Part shown: one piece after another, positions 17,588 to 26,285 of the stretch
Position numbering within the stretch: position 1 is the first letter of the stretch
Layout: the number at the start of each line of letters is the position of its first letter
Virus record (IMG/VR): IMGVR_UViG_2513237162_000001
Coordinates: 1 to 43,910 of that record
Strand: one strand, 5' to 3'
Origin: a virus
Length of the DNA stretch: 43,910 nt
Notes under the pieces: model-generated
Database searches by the model: none
The model's input: only the letters and a program-made list of their open reading frames with translations
Told to the model about the DNA's origin: nothing
Translations under genes and position numbers: made by a program

Positions 17588-17862
17588 TCGTCACCCGGGA
17601 GAGGATCGGCACGCTGCGCCTTGCCGGTGGCGATGAGCTTTTTCGCATCCGTAACCGTGACAGTGATGATTTTGCCGGCCGGTTCGCGGATTTCCTCGTC
17701 GTTCCAGCGGTCGTAGAGCAGCTTGACGGGGATCGTCGGCTCGGCTTTTGTGGACTTCGGCGCCGAAAGAACTTTGTCGATCTCTTCCTGCAGCCGTTCG
17801 TTGCTCCAGCGCTTGTCAATCTTGATGCCGAGTTCTTCGGCCTGCTTTTCGAGGTCAGTCAT
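17584..17862 (-). CDS. Hypothetical protein with HeH/Rho-N-like N-terminal motif
   Basis: From the ORF track. The N-terminus reads LEKQAEELGIKIDKRWSNERLQEEIDKVL. Confidence 0.55.
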   Translation of the reverse strand: MTDLEKQAEELGIKIDKRWSNERLQEEIDKVLSAPKSTKAEPTIPVKLLYDRWNDEEIREPAGKIITVTVTDAKKLIATGKAQRADPLPGDE

Positions 17863-17884
17863 GATTTCGCTCCATGAAAGGGAA

Positions 17885-17906
17885 AGGGCGACCCGAAAGC
17901 CGCCCT
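17885..17906 (-). terminator. Putative intrinsic (partial) terminator after the capsid and decoration genes
   Basis: On the minus strand the sequence is AGGGCG-GCTTTCGGGT-CGCCCT followed by TTCCCTTTC. It lies in the 51-nt gap after the 17914 stop. Confidence 0.45.
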
Positions 17907-17913
17907 CCTTGGG

Positions 17914-18345
17914 TTAGACAGCAGCGCTGAACGGGGTTGCGCCCGCACCTGATGCCGCCAGAGAACCGGACACTTCCCAGACGCCGGAAGCCATATCCTT
18001 GAGGGCGATATAGCTGCCCTTAACGCCGCCTGTGGTCGTGCCGTTCATGGTGATCGTGTCCGACGTGGTCGTCGTCGCGATGGCACCACCAGCACTGGCA
18101 GCGGCGACACTGAGGACGCCCTGCATGATGTCCGTGCTGTTCGCCACCTGAACGATGGCGTTGTTGGACGTGACGGTCGTGCCGACGAAAATGGTGTATT
18201 CGTCGCCAGTTCCGGATGCGGCAGGGAGCGTCAGAGTGAGGCCCGCAGCCGCGTTGATGACGGTCGTCGTACCGGCGTGAGTCTTCCGGTTGAGGGTTGC
18301 CGACGCCGTGACGGAGATAGGAAGGTAGGAGGTGGTCATGTTCAT
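17914..18345 (-). CDS. Capsid decoration/head fibre-like protein (tentative)
   Basis: The 143-aa product is Thr/Ala/Gly-rich and beta-type. It lies immediately after the major capsid gene. Confidence 0.4.
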   Translation of the reverse strand: MNMTTSYLPISVTASATLNRKTHAGTTTVINAAAGLTLTLPAASGTGDEYTIFVGTTVTSNNAIVQVANSTDIMQGVLSVAAASAGGAIATTTTSDTITMNGTTTGGVKGSYIALKDMASGVWEVSGSLAASGAGATPFSAAV

Positions 18346-18351
18346 ATCTCC

Positions 18352-19347
18352 TTACGTGGAAGCCGTGAGGCCGAAGAGGTCAGCGGCGATGCCGAGGCCC
18401 TTTTCGTTCTTCACCTTGAGCGTGCCTTCGCCGATGATCACGCCCTTGTCGGCGTCACCGGTCTTTGCGACGTCCTTGTCTTCCTGGATCTTGCGGAGCC
18501 AGTCGAATTCGAGGAAGTCGGTATCGATGAAGAAGGCATTCCGCGCCAGGGTGGCGCTACCTGCCTGCACGCGGTTCGGCTGGATCATCACCGTGCCGAA
18601 CGGGCCTTCGTAGTAGTCGGCCGTCGCGATGATGGTGTTGCGCTCACCGCCCTTGGAGACGGCATAGCGGAACGATGCGACGTTCGTGTCGGACATGAAG
18701 GTCACGAACACCGACTTGACATAGGGGCTGACGACAACATGCCGGAAGTTGGCGCCGCTGGTGTAGCCCGTCTGCATGACGGTATCGAGGATGGCCTTCG
18801 TGAACGCACGCTGTGTGCCGGCGCCAGGAGCGACCGTGAGGCCGGTACCGGAGTTGAAGCCGCCGTTGGTGCCGGAACCGCCACGCGAGACGTTGGTGAT
18901 CGTCCAAGTGTTGATGGAACCGAGCTGGCGGGTTGCGCCGCCAAGCGAAGCCGTGGTGCTGACAAGTGCGAACTCAACGTCCTTGCGGATCTCGACGCCC
19001 TTCTTCAGCTTCTGGTACTTGCGCTTCTGGACCTTGCCGGCTTCGTCAACCACTTCCTGCGTACCGGAGATGATCCAGTCCTTGCGCAGGATCTGCGTGT
19101 AGTTGCCGAGGCGTGCCGGCGGGGTGATTGCGTCGAAGGTGTAGTCTTCACCTTCTTCACGGGCGTTCGCGCCAGGGGCTGCGAGTTCGTCGGTTTCCCA
19201 TTCGGGATGGACGGAGACGCACTTGCCCTTTTCGATCAGGGAGTAGATCGGGGTGTCTTCCGGCGTGATGCGCGAGACCACGTCGGACAGTTCTTCGCGA
19301 TTACCGACCGCATTCGTGGTGCGGAAGGTATTGGTAATGACTGCCAT
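18352..19347 (-). CDS. Major capsid protein (SU10/DUF5309-like)
   Basis: It has the N-terminal motif NAVGNREELSDVVSRITPEDTPIYSLI...HPEWETDEL. The 331-aa gene lies downstream of the scaffold gene. Confidence 0.75.
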   Translation of the reverse strand: MAVITNTFRTTNAVGNREELSDVVSRITPEDTPIYSLIEKGKCVSVHPEWETDELAAPGANAREEGEDYTFDAITPPARLGNYTQILRKDWIISGTQEVVDEAGKVQKRKYQKLKKGVEIRKDVEFALVSTTASLGGATRQLGSINTWTITNVSRGGSGTNGGFNSGTGLTVAPGAGTQRAFTKAILDTVMQTGYTSGANFRHVVVSPYVKSVFVTFMSDTNVASFRYAVSKGGERNTIIATADYYEGPFGTVMIQPNRVQAGSATLARNAFFIDTDFLEFDWLRKIQEDKDVAKTGDADKGVIIGEGTLKVKNEKGLGIAADLFGLTAST

Positions 19348-19371
19348 GATGGAGTTCCTTCGAAGATGGGA

Positions 19372-20349
19372 TTAATCGAAGTCGATCGACATTGCGTCTT
19401 TGATCGACCCGGTTTTCGACAACTTCTTCATCGCATCCTGGTTGGCGCGGGCCTGTTGGGCTGCCGCACCCTTTGCCTTGCCGACAACCACCGCCGGAGG
19501 AGCTTGAGCTACCTTCGCCAAGGCCTTGCCCTTCGCCTGCTCAGCCTGGAGGCCGAGACGGGCATAATAGGCAAGCTTGAAATACCGGTGGTCGATCTGC
19601 CCCTTAAGTTCCTCGTCGGTGAAGCCGAGGTCGCGGGCCGTCTGGAACGTCTGATCGAAGAATTTCCTGCGTTCTTCGGGAGACTTCCGGGTTTGTGGAA
19701 ACGCTTCGGCGAGCTTTTCATCGTTCAGGGCGACGAGACTGTCTTCCTGCTCTTTGGTCAGCTTGCCGGCAACTTCCTTCGGCTCGTTTGCGAGGCGGAT
19801 GATCGCGTTGACCTGAGACAGGGCCGAGTCGTAGATCGCCTTCTGGCGCGTGTACTCGTTCGGGTTCTGAATGGCCAACGTGGGCTGGGGCTCTTCCGGC
19901 AACATGCCGGCGAGATGGGCTGCGATGGCGTCGACTGTTCGGACGACGCGCGTTGTCATTTCGTCAAGAGACTTCGACTTGTTCGCCGTCTCCTGCGTTT
20001 TGTGGCGATAGTCACGATCCTTCATGTACCCGAGCTTCAGTTCCTCAAGAGAAACCTGTTCGCCGCCTTTAAGGGTAACAACAACAGCATCAGCCGGGTC
20101 TTCGGCGTCGGGCTCATCGCCTTCGGCTTCCGGGTCGTCTTCTGTCTGCTGTTCGGGATCGTCGGACTCTTGGCCATCTTCAACGGCCTCATCCGTCTCG
20201 CTTTCAATCCCCGGCGTGCCTTCGGCCTGGTTGTTCTGCTCTTCGTCGTCAGAATCCAGGAAATTCAGGTTTTCGGGGTTGTTGAGATCAGTCGAGGGTT
20301 CAACGGATTGGCTCTCCACAGCGGAGTTGGCCCTATCGTTTCCAGGCAT
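19372..20349 (-). CDS. Scaffolding protein
   Basis: The N-terminus is highly acidic and the remainder is helical. It sits between the portal and capsid genes. Confidence 0.65.
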   Translation of the reverse strand: MPGNDRANSAVESQSVEPSTDLNNPENLNFLDSDDEEQNNQAEGTPGIESETDEAVEDGQESDDPEQQTEDDPEAEGDEPDAEDPADAVVVTLKGGEQVSLEELKLGYMKDRDYRHKTQETANKSKSLDEMTTRVVRTVDAIAAHLAGMLPEEPQPTLAIQNPNEYTRQKAIYDSALSQVNAIIRLANEPKEVAGKLTKEQEDSLVALNDEKLAEAFPQTRKSPEERRKFFDQTFQTARDLGFTDEELKGQIDHRYFKLAYYARLGLQAEQAKGKALAKVAQAPPAVVVGKAKGAAAQQARANQDAMKKLSKTGSIKDAMSIDFD

Positions 20350-20383
20350 GTCAGTACCTTTTCAGGGGTTCGGGTGCCCTGCC

Positions 20384-20620
20384 CTATGCAGGAGCTCCTT
20401 TCCGGGGCTGATTGGCTTCACTCACAAGAGCGTTGAGCTTCGTCCGGAAATTCTTGATGGCGCGCGCCTCGGCCGCATAGGCTGCGCGCTTCACATCATC
20501 TTTTGGGTCTGCGAAAATGCAGGCGTTGACGGCCGCAAGCTCCATTTCGTCCCAAAGGACGTGAAACAGCGGCGTATCGAGCAGAGAGCGGGCCTGAACA
20601 ACCTTTTCGGCTTCGGTCAT
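20384..20620 (-). CDS. Hypothetical protein
   Basis: From the ORF track. Its start overlaps the portal stop. Confidence 0.6.
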   Translation of the reverse strand: MTEAEKVVQARSLLDTPLFHVLWDEMELAAVNACIFADPKDDVKRAAYAAEARAIKNFRTKLNALVSEANQPRKGAPA

Positions 20621-22722
20621 CCTGGCTCTCCGCCAACTTCAACCTGCGATGTCCTGGCGTTCGTGACCTGAGCATTCATCGCGATCTGGGCAACGCTCTG
20701 CTGGCGCTTCAAATCAAGCTCGGCAATGAGCTGCTCACGTTTCAGATCAAGCTCGCGATTCAACTGCTCCTGCTTGAGAGCGAATTCGCGGTTTATCCTC
20801 TCGGCCTCAAGCTGAGCATCGACCTGGTTTTGCTCCTGCTTGATCTGCGCATCCATCGTGGCCTTCGCCTTTTGAGCCTCGGCCTGAGCCTGCACCTTCT
20901 GAAGCTCCGGATTTGGCTGATTGGCAGCCGCTTCCATCTTGGCCTGGATCTCGGCCGGGTCTGGCTTGGTGAAATAAAGCTCTGTCGACCGGGCGCCGGC
21001 CGATTCCGCGAACTTCGATACCGCGTTGTAGACGTTGTCAGGCTTGACGAAGGGATTGTCGGCGCCAAGTGAGGCGAGCAGCTTTTCCTGCAGCCCGATC
21101 ACCTGCGTCATCATCATCATGTCGCGCTCACGGGTGCCGGCGCCGAGGCCGGTGTTCACCGTGGCGTCCATCTCGGCATTCCACTCGCGCGGATCGAACG
21201 TCACCCACTTGTTGCGGAGCCGGACCGTGCGCGGCTTGTCCTGATGCTTTACCACCATGCGCAGAAGGCCGCGGAATACTCGTTTAAGGCCATGAGCGAT
21301 GGTGCGGACCATCAATTCCGTCTGCCCGATGCCGGCCGCCTCGATCATTGCCGACGCCTTGGCCGTCATGTTCTGCAGCGCGTCCGGTGCTAGTCCGCTC
21401 GATGCTTCGCTGATGCCGGTACGATCCGCCGCTTCCTCATCCATATAGGAGAGCATGGCGAACGAGTCCTTGGCGACGAATGGCACATTGTTGAAGGCCA
21501 GCGCTGTCCTTGCGTCCGTGCCCTGAGAGATGCGGATCGGCAGGCCAAAGCGTGGGTTGAGCACAGCCTCAGGGTTGACGACTGTGCCTTCCTGGACGAT
21601 CGGCTGCGGGTTGTTCTGCCAATAGAGGTTATCCATGGTCTGACGGAGAAGCACCGTCTTGATCTTCTGGATGTCCTTCATGTCGTCAGTGACGGAATCG
21701 CCCTCGCGCTGATGCGGCCGGCGCTTGGCGATGATATCCGCGAAGGGAACCTCGTCCCAATCGTCGTTGGAGAGCAGGTTCTTGATCCCAACACCGCCGG
21801 CATAGACGATGCGCCTCAGTTCAGCGATGCCGTCGTCGTCTGCGTCCACCCTCACATAGAGTTCGTAGTATTCGATCTCCTGAAGGGCGCGCTGCGTCGA
21901 CTCGTCGTCATCGGCGATATCGCGGCGTCGGACGTATTCTTCCTCTTCCTTGTCAGTATCCGAGCCAGCAGCCGGGAGCTTGTCGATCTTATCGCGGTCA
22001 TAGCCCATTGCCACAAGATCAGAGCGACGAAGGCGCTGATTGATGCCGACGATCGGGCTTTCCTCGATATCGAGCGCATCCGGGTGAATGAGAAATTCCT
22101 CAAGAGGAACCGCGGCAAGCCTGGTGCAGCCATATTCCGATTTCTTCTTGATCTTCAGATTGTAGACAGGCTGCATGGTCATCTGACCATCCGGCGTCTG
22201 GATCTGCTCTTCCGATTGCTCCTGCTCCAGGACTTCGACGTCATCGTCCTGCACGAGCTGCACGACAGAATCTTCGTCGAGGCCGGTATGATCCGACACG
22301 GCGACCTTGATCTTCTTGTCGTACCACCAGCGGATAATGCCGTTGCGCAGCTTCAGCGCGTCATAGATCGCATCCTGCACCGCTTCATAGCCGGAAGACT
22401 CCGGGAAGACGATATAGTTGATGTAATCGCTGGCCTGCTCAGCCTTCTCCTCATCATCTTCGCCGACCGGTTCGTATTCGACGACCTTGTCGTTGCCGAG
22501 GATGACCCTGGTGACTGATGGCAGAACCTTGGTGATCGCTGAGCGCACGTCTCTAGACACGACGGACGAACGGTTGTCGTCGACCGGGACGTCCTTCATG
22601 ACGCCGTCGAAATATTCCATCGCTGTTACGCGATCCTTCGACAGTTCAGTCCGATAGTTCTCGCAATCCTTGACCAGCACCGAGACGATATTGGTCAGGC
22701 GCTCGTCGGTCATTTCCGCCAT
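20617..22722 (-). CDS. Portal protein
   Basis: The 701-aa product follows TerL. It has the N-terminal pattern RVTAMEYFDG...NRSSVVSRDVRSAITKVLPSVTRVI...VEYEP...AEQASDYINYIV. The C-terminus is a Gln/Glu/Ala-rich coiled coil, like a P22-type barrel. Confidence 0.85.
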   Translation of the reverse strand: MAEMTDERLTNIVSVLVKDCENYRTELSKDRVTAMEYFDGVMKDVPVDDNRSSVVSRDVRSAITKVLPSVTRVILGNDKVVEYEPVGEDDEEKAEQASDYINYIVFPESSGYEAVQDAIYDALKLRNGIIRWWYDKKIKVAVSDHTGLDEDSVVQLVQDDDVEVLEQEQSEEQIQTPDGQMTMQPVYNLKIKKKSEYGCTRLAAVPLEEFLIHPDALDIEESPIVGINQRLRRSDLVAMGYDRDKIDKLPAAGSDTDKEEEEYVRRRDIADDDESTQRALQEIEYYELYVRVDADDDGIAELRRIVYAGGVGIKNLLSNDDWDEVPFADIIAKRRPHQREGDSVTDDMKDIQKIKTVLLRQTMDNLYWQNNPQPIVQEGTVVNPEAVLNPRFGLPIRISQGTDARTALAFNNVPFVAKDSFAMLSYMDEEAADRTGISEASSGLAPDALQNMTAKASAMIEAAGIGQTELMVRTIAHGLKRVFRGLLRMVVKHQDKPRTVRLRNKWVTFDPREWNAEMDATVNTGLGAGTRERDMMMMTQVIGLQEKLLASLGADNPFVKPDNVYNAVSKFAESAGARSTELYFTKPDPAEIQAKMEAAANQPNPELQKVQAQAEAQKAKATMDAQIKQEQNQVDAQLEAERINREFALKQEQLNRELDLKREQLIAELDLKRQQSVAQIAMNAQVTNARTSQVEVGGEPG

Positions 22723-22811
22723 TATGGTCTCGCCTCCAAAGGCCGACCATGATTGGCATGATAGCCGAACTGAGAGGGGTATTGTTTTTTCATTGCTGTA
22801 GAAACCTTCCC

Positions 22812-24173
22812 CTAAACAACTTTGCGAGCCTTGAAATTCCAGTTTGCGTCACCGCCATTGATGCGGGCAAAGCGCTTCATCATCAGCGCGTAACGCGATG
22901 CAGACAGCACGTCGTCGCGTTCCTTCACGACCTTGCCGTCCTTGCGATGGTAGAGCCTGAATTCCTCGAACCATTCCGAGCAGGTGTTGAACACCTTCCA
23001 GCGTCCCGTCACCATGCGATCCAGCATGTCCATCAATCCAGCCTCGACGCTGTTGCTTCCGTCGTCGAACGTGGCCCGCTCCTGCAGGAAGGGCATGCCT
23101 TGAGCCTTGTATTGCGATGCCAGGTTCTCACCGGCCGCCGTGTCGTTGTTGCCGTCGTGAGGCCATGCCCAAGGCATCCACAGCCCCCAAGGCTTCAGAG
23201 CCGCGGCGTGCGTGTGAACTGGCGCCTCTCTCTGGCGATAGACCTTGGTGACAAACATCACGTCGGCATCTCTGTCCCAGGCGAGACAGGCGGCTGCGGT
23301 CGGGTGATCCCAACCAAAATCGATGCCGGCGATCTGAACCCAATGCTTTGGAATGACGAAAGGCGTGACGCTCAGCAGTTCCTCAGCAACCGGGAAGATC
23401 CGGCCCGAGCCCAGCGACGGTATGCCCTTGGTTCTCGCTTCCCGCTCATGTGGCGGGTAGCTGTCTATGATCTTCTGCCGTTCTTCCGGCGTGTAGTGCT
23501 CCGCGTCGTCGATCGTCATCGTGATGACTTCGCGGTCTGGCGACTTTTCCAGGATGTAACGGGCGACCACCGTGCTCATGCCCTTGAGAGGTGTGAACGT
23601 GACGGCGATCAAACCGCGTGTCGCGTTGGTTCTGGTGATCCCTTCGAAATAAACATCCTCGGGGGGCTCTTCGTCGAACCAGACGAAATCAACCGTGTTG
23701 GCCTGCCACTTGCCGCGGCCCTGCTCATACGCCTTGAAGAGAAGCGTTGAAGCACCGCCGGTCACATGACGAACCGTGACGCTATCGAGAGCAGCAGAGA
23801 CACCCGAGCGCCGCGTGGTGGCGATGATGTCAGCTTTTGGAATGTAGCCTGTGCCCCATTCCTCCTCGCTCATCGGCGGCCCGATCAAAAGCCGCTGTAC
23901 GCCATCGCGTGTCAGCTCATACGATTCCGAGCCAGCCAGCATGACGATCGGCCGTTCGAAGCGCTTGCCTTGCCACCAATCAGGATATCGACCAGTGAGA
24001 TGCATTGCTGCTTCAGCAGCACCCGCAAGCGTCTTGCCAAGCTGGTTGCCTGCCATGAACAGCCGCTCACGGAAGAAGGCACCGGCTTCGTGAAATTCCT
24101 CCTGCTTCGAATAAGGCTGGTAAGACGAGAGGCGGTTAGTGCGCCGTCTCCGATCCAGTTCGGCCATCAGCAT
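22812..24173 (-). CDS. terL: Terminase large subunit
   Basis: It has a Walker A-like motif MAGNQLGKT. The track start is 24248. I prefer ATG 24173, which is preceded by AAGGAG-N6. It overlaps terS by 38 nt. Confidence 0.85.
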   Translation of the reverse strand: MLMAELDRRRRTNRLSSYQPYSKQEEFHEAGAFFRERLFMAGNQLGKTLAGAAEAAMHLTGRYPDWWQGKRFERPIVMLAGSESYELTRDGVQRLLIGPPMSEEEWGTGYIPKADIIATTRRSGVSAALDSVTVRHVTGGASTLLFKAYEQGRGKWQANTVDFVWFDEEPPEDVYFEGITRTNATRGLIAVTFTPLKGMSTVVARYILEKSPDREVITMTIDDAEHYTPEERQKIIDSYPPHEREARTKGIPSLGSGRIFPVAEELLSVTPFVIPKHWVQIAGIDFGWDHPTAAACLAWDRDADVMFVTKVYRQREAPVHTHAAALKPWGLWMPWAWPHDGNNDTAAGENLASQYKAQGMPFLQERATFDDGSNSVEAGLMDMLDRMVTGRWKVFNTCSEWFEEFRLYHRKDGKVVKERDDVLSASRYALMMKRFARINGGDANWNFKARKVV

Positions 24174-24537
24174 CGCTTGCTCCTTGAGCATCGAGGAAAG
24201 GCCGGATTGCTGAATCGAGAGATCGGATGCGCTGGACAAGCTGGTCATCCGTCAGGTCGTCCATGTGGTTGATGTTGACGTTGAGATCCTTCGGCAGGAT
24301 CGAGGCGACGACCTTGAGATATTGGTCAGGTTTTTCTTCTCTGACCCTTGCAAGCGTTGCCACGCCATGATCCTGCCAATCGGCATAGAGATCACTGATG
24401 AACTGCTCACCGAGTTTGTTGCGGGCGCCTTTGGGCCGGCCACCGAATCCGCTATTCCCCGGTAGGAAGCGGCCTTTCTCATCCTTATCGACCAGACCGG
24501 CATTCTCTGCCTGATCCAATTCGCCGTCCTTGCTCAC
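24136..24537 (-). CDS. terS: Terminase small subunit (DUF5681-like)
   Basis: It has the motif GRFLPGNSGFGGRPKGARNK. The GTG start overlaps the upstream stop (GTGA). It lies directly upstream of terL. Confidence 0.6.
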   Translation of the reverse strand: MSKDGELDQAENAGLVDKDEKGRFLPGNSGFGGRPKGARNKLGEQFISDLYADWQDHGVATLARVREEKPDQYLKVVASILPKDLNVNINHMDDLTDDQLVQRIRSLDSAIRPFLDAQGASDADGRTGSETAH

Positions 24538-24788
24538 CGGATACCCACCAGCCCTGTCGCCGTCGTGCCCGTCGACCAGATGCGTTGGGCTCTGACAGGA
24601 TGAACACCTGCCGGCAGAGCGAACGTGTCAGTGTTGCCATCCGGGTCTGTGAGCTTGACGTTGCCAGCCACACCGACGACGAGGCCGCGGGCGTTGAATG
24701 GGAGATCCGCGCTATCGTTGGCCGTGAAGTTGAAAAGGCAGCCCGAGTCCGTCGAACCATATTTGCCTGAGAGGCGATCTGCTGGCAT
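24534..24788 (-). CDS. GTA-type head spike base-like protein (RCAP_rcc01079-like)
   Basis: ATG 24788 is preceded by AGGAGA. It has the pattern DLPFNARGLVVGVAGNVKL...PAGVHPVRAQRIWSTGTTATGLVGI. Confidence 0.5.
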   Translation of the reverse strand: MPADRLSGKYGSTDSGCLFNFTANDSADLPFNARGLVVGVAGNVKLTDPDGNTDTFALPAGVHPVRAQRIWSTGTTATGLVGIR

Positions 24789-24813
24789 ATGGATTTCTCC
24801 TGAAGTTCGAAGA

Positions 24814-24861
24814 TCAGACGGCCACGCCGATGAGGGGCAGAGCACGCAGAATGATGGGTTT
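24814..24861 (-). pseudogene. Orphan duplicate of the 3' end of the 25391..25585 membrane protein gene
   Basis: It encodes ...IILRALPLIGVAV-stop, compared with IIVRALPLVGVSV-stop at 25391..25432. It lies directly after the endonuclease VII stop. Confidence 0.55.
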
Positions 24862-24862
24862 C

Positions 24863-25384
24863 TCAGCCTTTGAGGTACAAGATAGCCGAGCTAAGGAAAG
24901 CAGGATTGTCTTTGAAGTGACCAAGCCCAAGATTACAGTGCCCACACAAGATCCCACGCACCCGGCCCGTCGTATGGCAATGGTCAATATTCCAGCCCTT
25001 GGATTTTGGTTTCTCTGTTGTGCCGCATACAGCGCATTTCGACCCTTGAGCCTCAAAGACTTTATCGAAATCAAAACTCGGGGAATTAATCCTCCTGAGG
25101 GCCTGCCGCCTGTTATACTCGGCGCGCTTCTCAGGGTTTTTAAGTCGCCACGCTTTCCCGGTCTCCGCTGCCTTCTCTCTGTTTTTACGCTTCGATTTGG
25201 CGAGCATTTCTTTGGTTTTATCCGGGTTTGCTTTGACCCACTCCCTGGATTTAGCTCGGTGAGCCTCAGGGTTAAGAGCGTATCGCTCTCGCGCCTTTGC
25301 CCTTGCTAGCTCTGGGTTTAAAGCACGCTTGAGGCGCGCCCGCAGCGCGTGAGCTGCTCTGCGTTCTTCGAGAGTTTGCGCCAT
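24863..25384 (-). CDS. Endonuclease VII family (T4 gp49-like HNH) nuclease
   Basis: It has the motif CAVCG...WNIDHCHTTGRVRGILCGHCNLGLGHFKDNPAFLSSAILYL. The N-terminus is basic and repeat-like. Confidence 0.8.
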   Translation of the reverse strand: MAQTLEERRAAHALRARLKRALNPELARAKARERYALNPEAHRAKSREWVKANPDKTKEMLAKSKRKNREKAAETGKAWRLKNPEKRAEYNRRQALRRINSPSFDFDKVFEAQGSKCAVCGTTEKPKSKGWNIDHCHTTGRVRGILCGHCNLGLGHFKDNPAFLSSAILYLKG

Positions 25385-25390
25385 CCTAGT

Positions 25391-25585
25391 TCACACAGAA
25401 ACCCCAACCAAGGGGAGTGCTCGGACAATGATGATGATCACCGCAATCACGATGACGAGGTATTCAGCCCATGACTTGAAGGGCTCCTCGATCATGGGAG
25501 CGCGGCGGATGAGATACACGACCAGACCGGCGATGAGCGCAACGACCAGGATCGTGATCAGCAGTCCGATAAGACCAGAAACCAT
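25391..25585 (-). CDS. Small membrane protein (two TM helices)
   Basis: The 64-aa product has two hydrophobic helices (LIGLLITILVVALIAGLVVYLI and YLVIVIAVIIIIV). Confidence 0.6.
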   Translation of the reverse strand: MVSGLIGLLITILVVALIAGLVVYLIRRAPMIEEPFKSWAEYLVIVIAVIIIIVRALPLVGVSV

Positions 25586-25605
25586 TGCGATGATCCTTCT
25601 TTTCG

Positions 25606-25627
25606 TGTAGTTACATGATGTAGTTAC
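25606..25627. repeat. Direct repeat TGTAGTTAC x2 (13-nt period) upstream of the BrnA-like gene
   Basis: TGTAGTTAC occurs at 25606..25614 and 25619..25627. Both lie in the 59-nt divergent gap. The second copy ends 17 nt before ATG 25645. Confidence 0.5.
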
Positions 25628-25644
25628 GCAATCGAGAGGACGCC

Positions 25645-25986
25645 ATGGCCATCAAATTCAGAAGCGGTTCGGATGAACTTCAGTGGACCCCGGCGCAGCT
25701 GAAAGAGCTGCGTTCGCTTGATGCGAAGCCATTCGAGATCCCGAGGATCCCCACAAAGACGGATAAGCAGCGCGCTTATACCAAATTCATTTCCGACGCT
25801 CTTGAAATGGTGGCAAATGACACTCCGAACGTTCCAAGGCGCAAAGGTGGCCGGAAGTCAGATCCGAACTCCAAGAAGCTCTTGACGCTTCGTCTTGATC
25901 CTCAGGTGATTGAGCATTTCAGGGCTACCGGCGAAGGCTGGCAAACCCGCATGAACGATGCGCTTAGAAAGGCCGCCGGCCTATAG
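25645..25986 (+). CDS. BrnA/DUF4415-family antitoxin-like protein, with no adjacent toxin gene
   Basis: The C-terminus reads RKGGRKSDPNSKKLLTLRLDPQVIEHFRATGEGWQTRMNDALRKAAG, matching the BrnA signature (GRP..K..V.LRLD.DV...FRA.G.GWQTR.N.ALR). An SD (GAGGA) is present. It is on the opposite strand to its neighbours. Confidence 0.7.
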   Translation: MAIKFRSGSDELQWTPAQLKELRSLDAKPFEIPRIPTKTDKQRAYTKFISDALEMVANDTPNVPRRKGGRKSDPNSKKLLTLRLDPQVIEHFRATGEGWQTRMNDALRKAAGL

Positions 25987-26112
25987 CGCTCTCCAAACGT
26001 TCTCACCCATCGGCTGATACCGCGTGGCACACGATGACGCCGCGAACAGCAGCAACGCGATCAGCCCCACCACCATGAGGATGAGGGCGACTCTTTCACC
26101 GTGGGGTGTCAT
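25981..26112 (-). CDS. Small putative lipoprotein (43 aa), not in the ORF track
   Basis: Hand translation gives MTPHGERVALILMVVGLIALLLFAASSCATRYQPMGENVWRAL. A GGAGAG lies 4 nt before the ATG. The signal-like helix ends in a lipobox-like ASSC. Its stop overlaps the BrnA-like stop within CTATAG. Confidence 0.45.
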   Translation of the reverse strand: MTPHGERVALILMVVGLIALLLFAASSCATRYQPMGENVWRAL

Positions 26113-26285
26113 GACGCTCTCCAGCGTGAGCCTTTGGCCCGAATTGTGTGCGCCCTGTGCTTCAGGAGGTCCGCGAAGCTAAATCCTACGTCCAAGCATG
26201 CCCGTTCTTCCATTGGAAGGGCGCAGAGCGCAAGGTTTGCAAAAATCCTTGCCAAAGCCATCCTTGCGTTGGGCCAGCGCGTCAT
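26109..26285 (-). CDS. Small ORF (58 aa) translationally coupled to the lipoprotein ORF
   Basis: Hand translation gives MTRWPNARMALARIFANLALCALPMEERACLDVGFSFADLLKHRAHTIRAKGSRWRAS. Its TGA overlaps the ATG of the next ORF (ATGA). No SD or motif was seen. Confidence 0.25.
   Translation of the reverse strand: MTRWPNARMALARIFANLALCALPMEERACLDVGFSFADLLKHRAHTIRAKGSRWRAS

Noticed and set aside
18277-20436. A 719-aa + strand ORF, the longest single ORF on that strand.
   Set aside because: It is entirely antisense to the decoration, major capsid and scaffold genes, which have clear family motifs. Its Arg/Gly/Asp/Val/Leu-rich composition is typical of a shadow frame in GC-rich coding DNA. No ribosome site or motif is present.
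21712-23750. + strand ORFs of 268 aa (21712..22518) and 333 aa (22749..23750).
   Set aside because: They are antisense shadows of the portal and terminase large subunit genes. Their composition is low-complexity and Arg/Leu/Asp-rich.
24814-25074. An 86-aa minus-strand ORF overlapping the endonuclease VII gene.
   Set aside because: Only its last 13 codons look meaningful (a duplicate of the neighbouring gene's end). The rest is an alternative frame of the nuclease gene.
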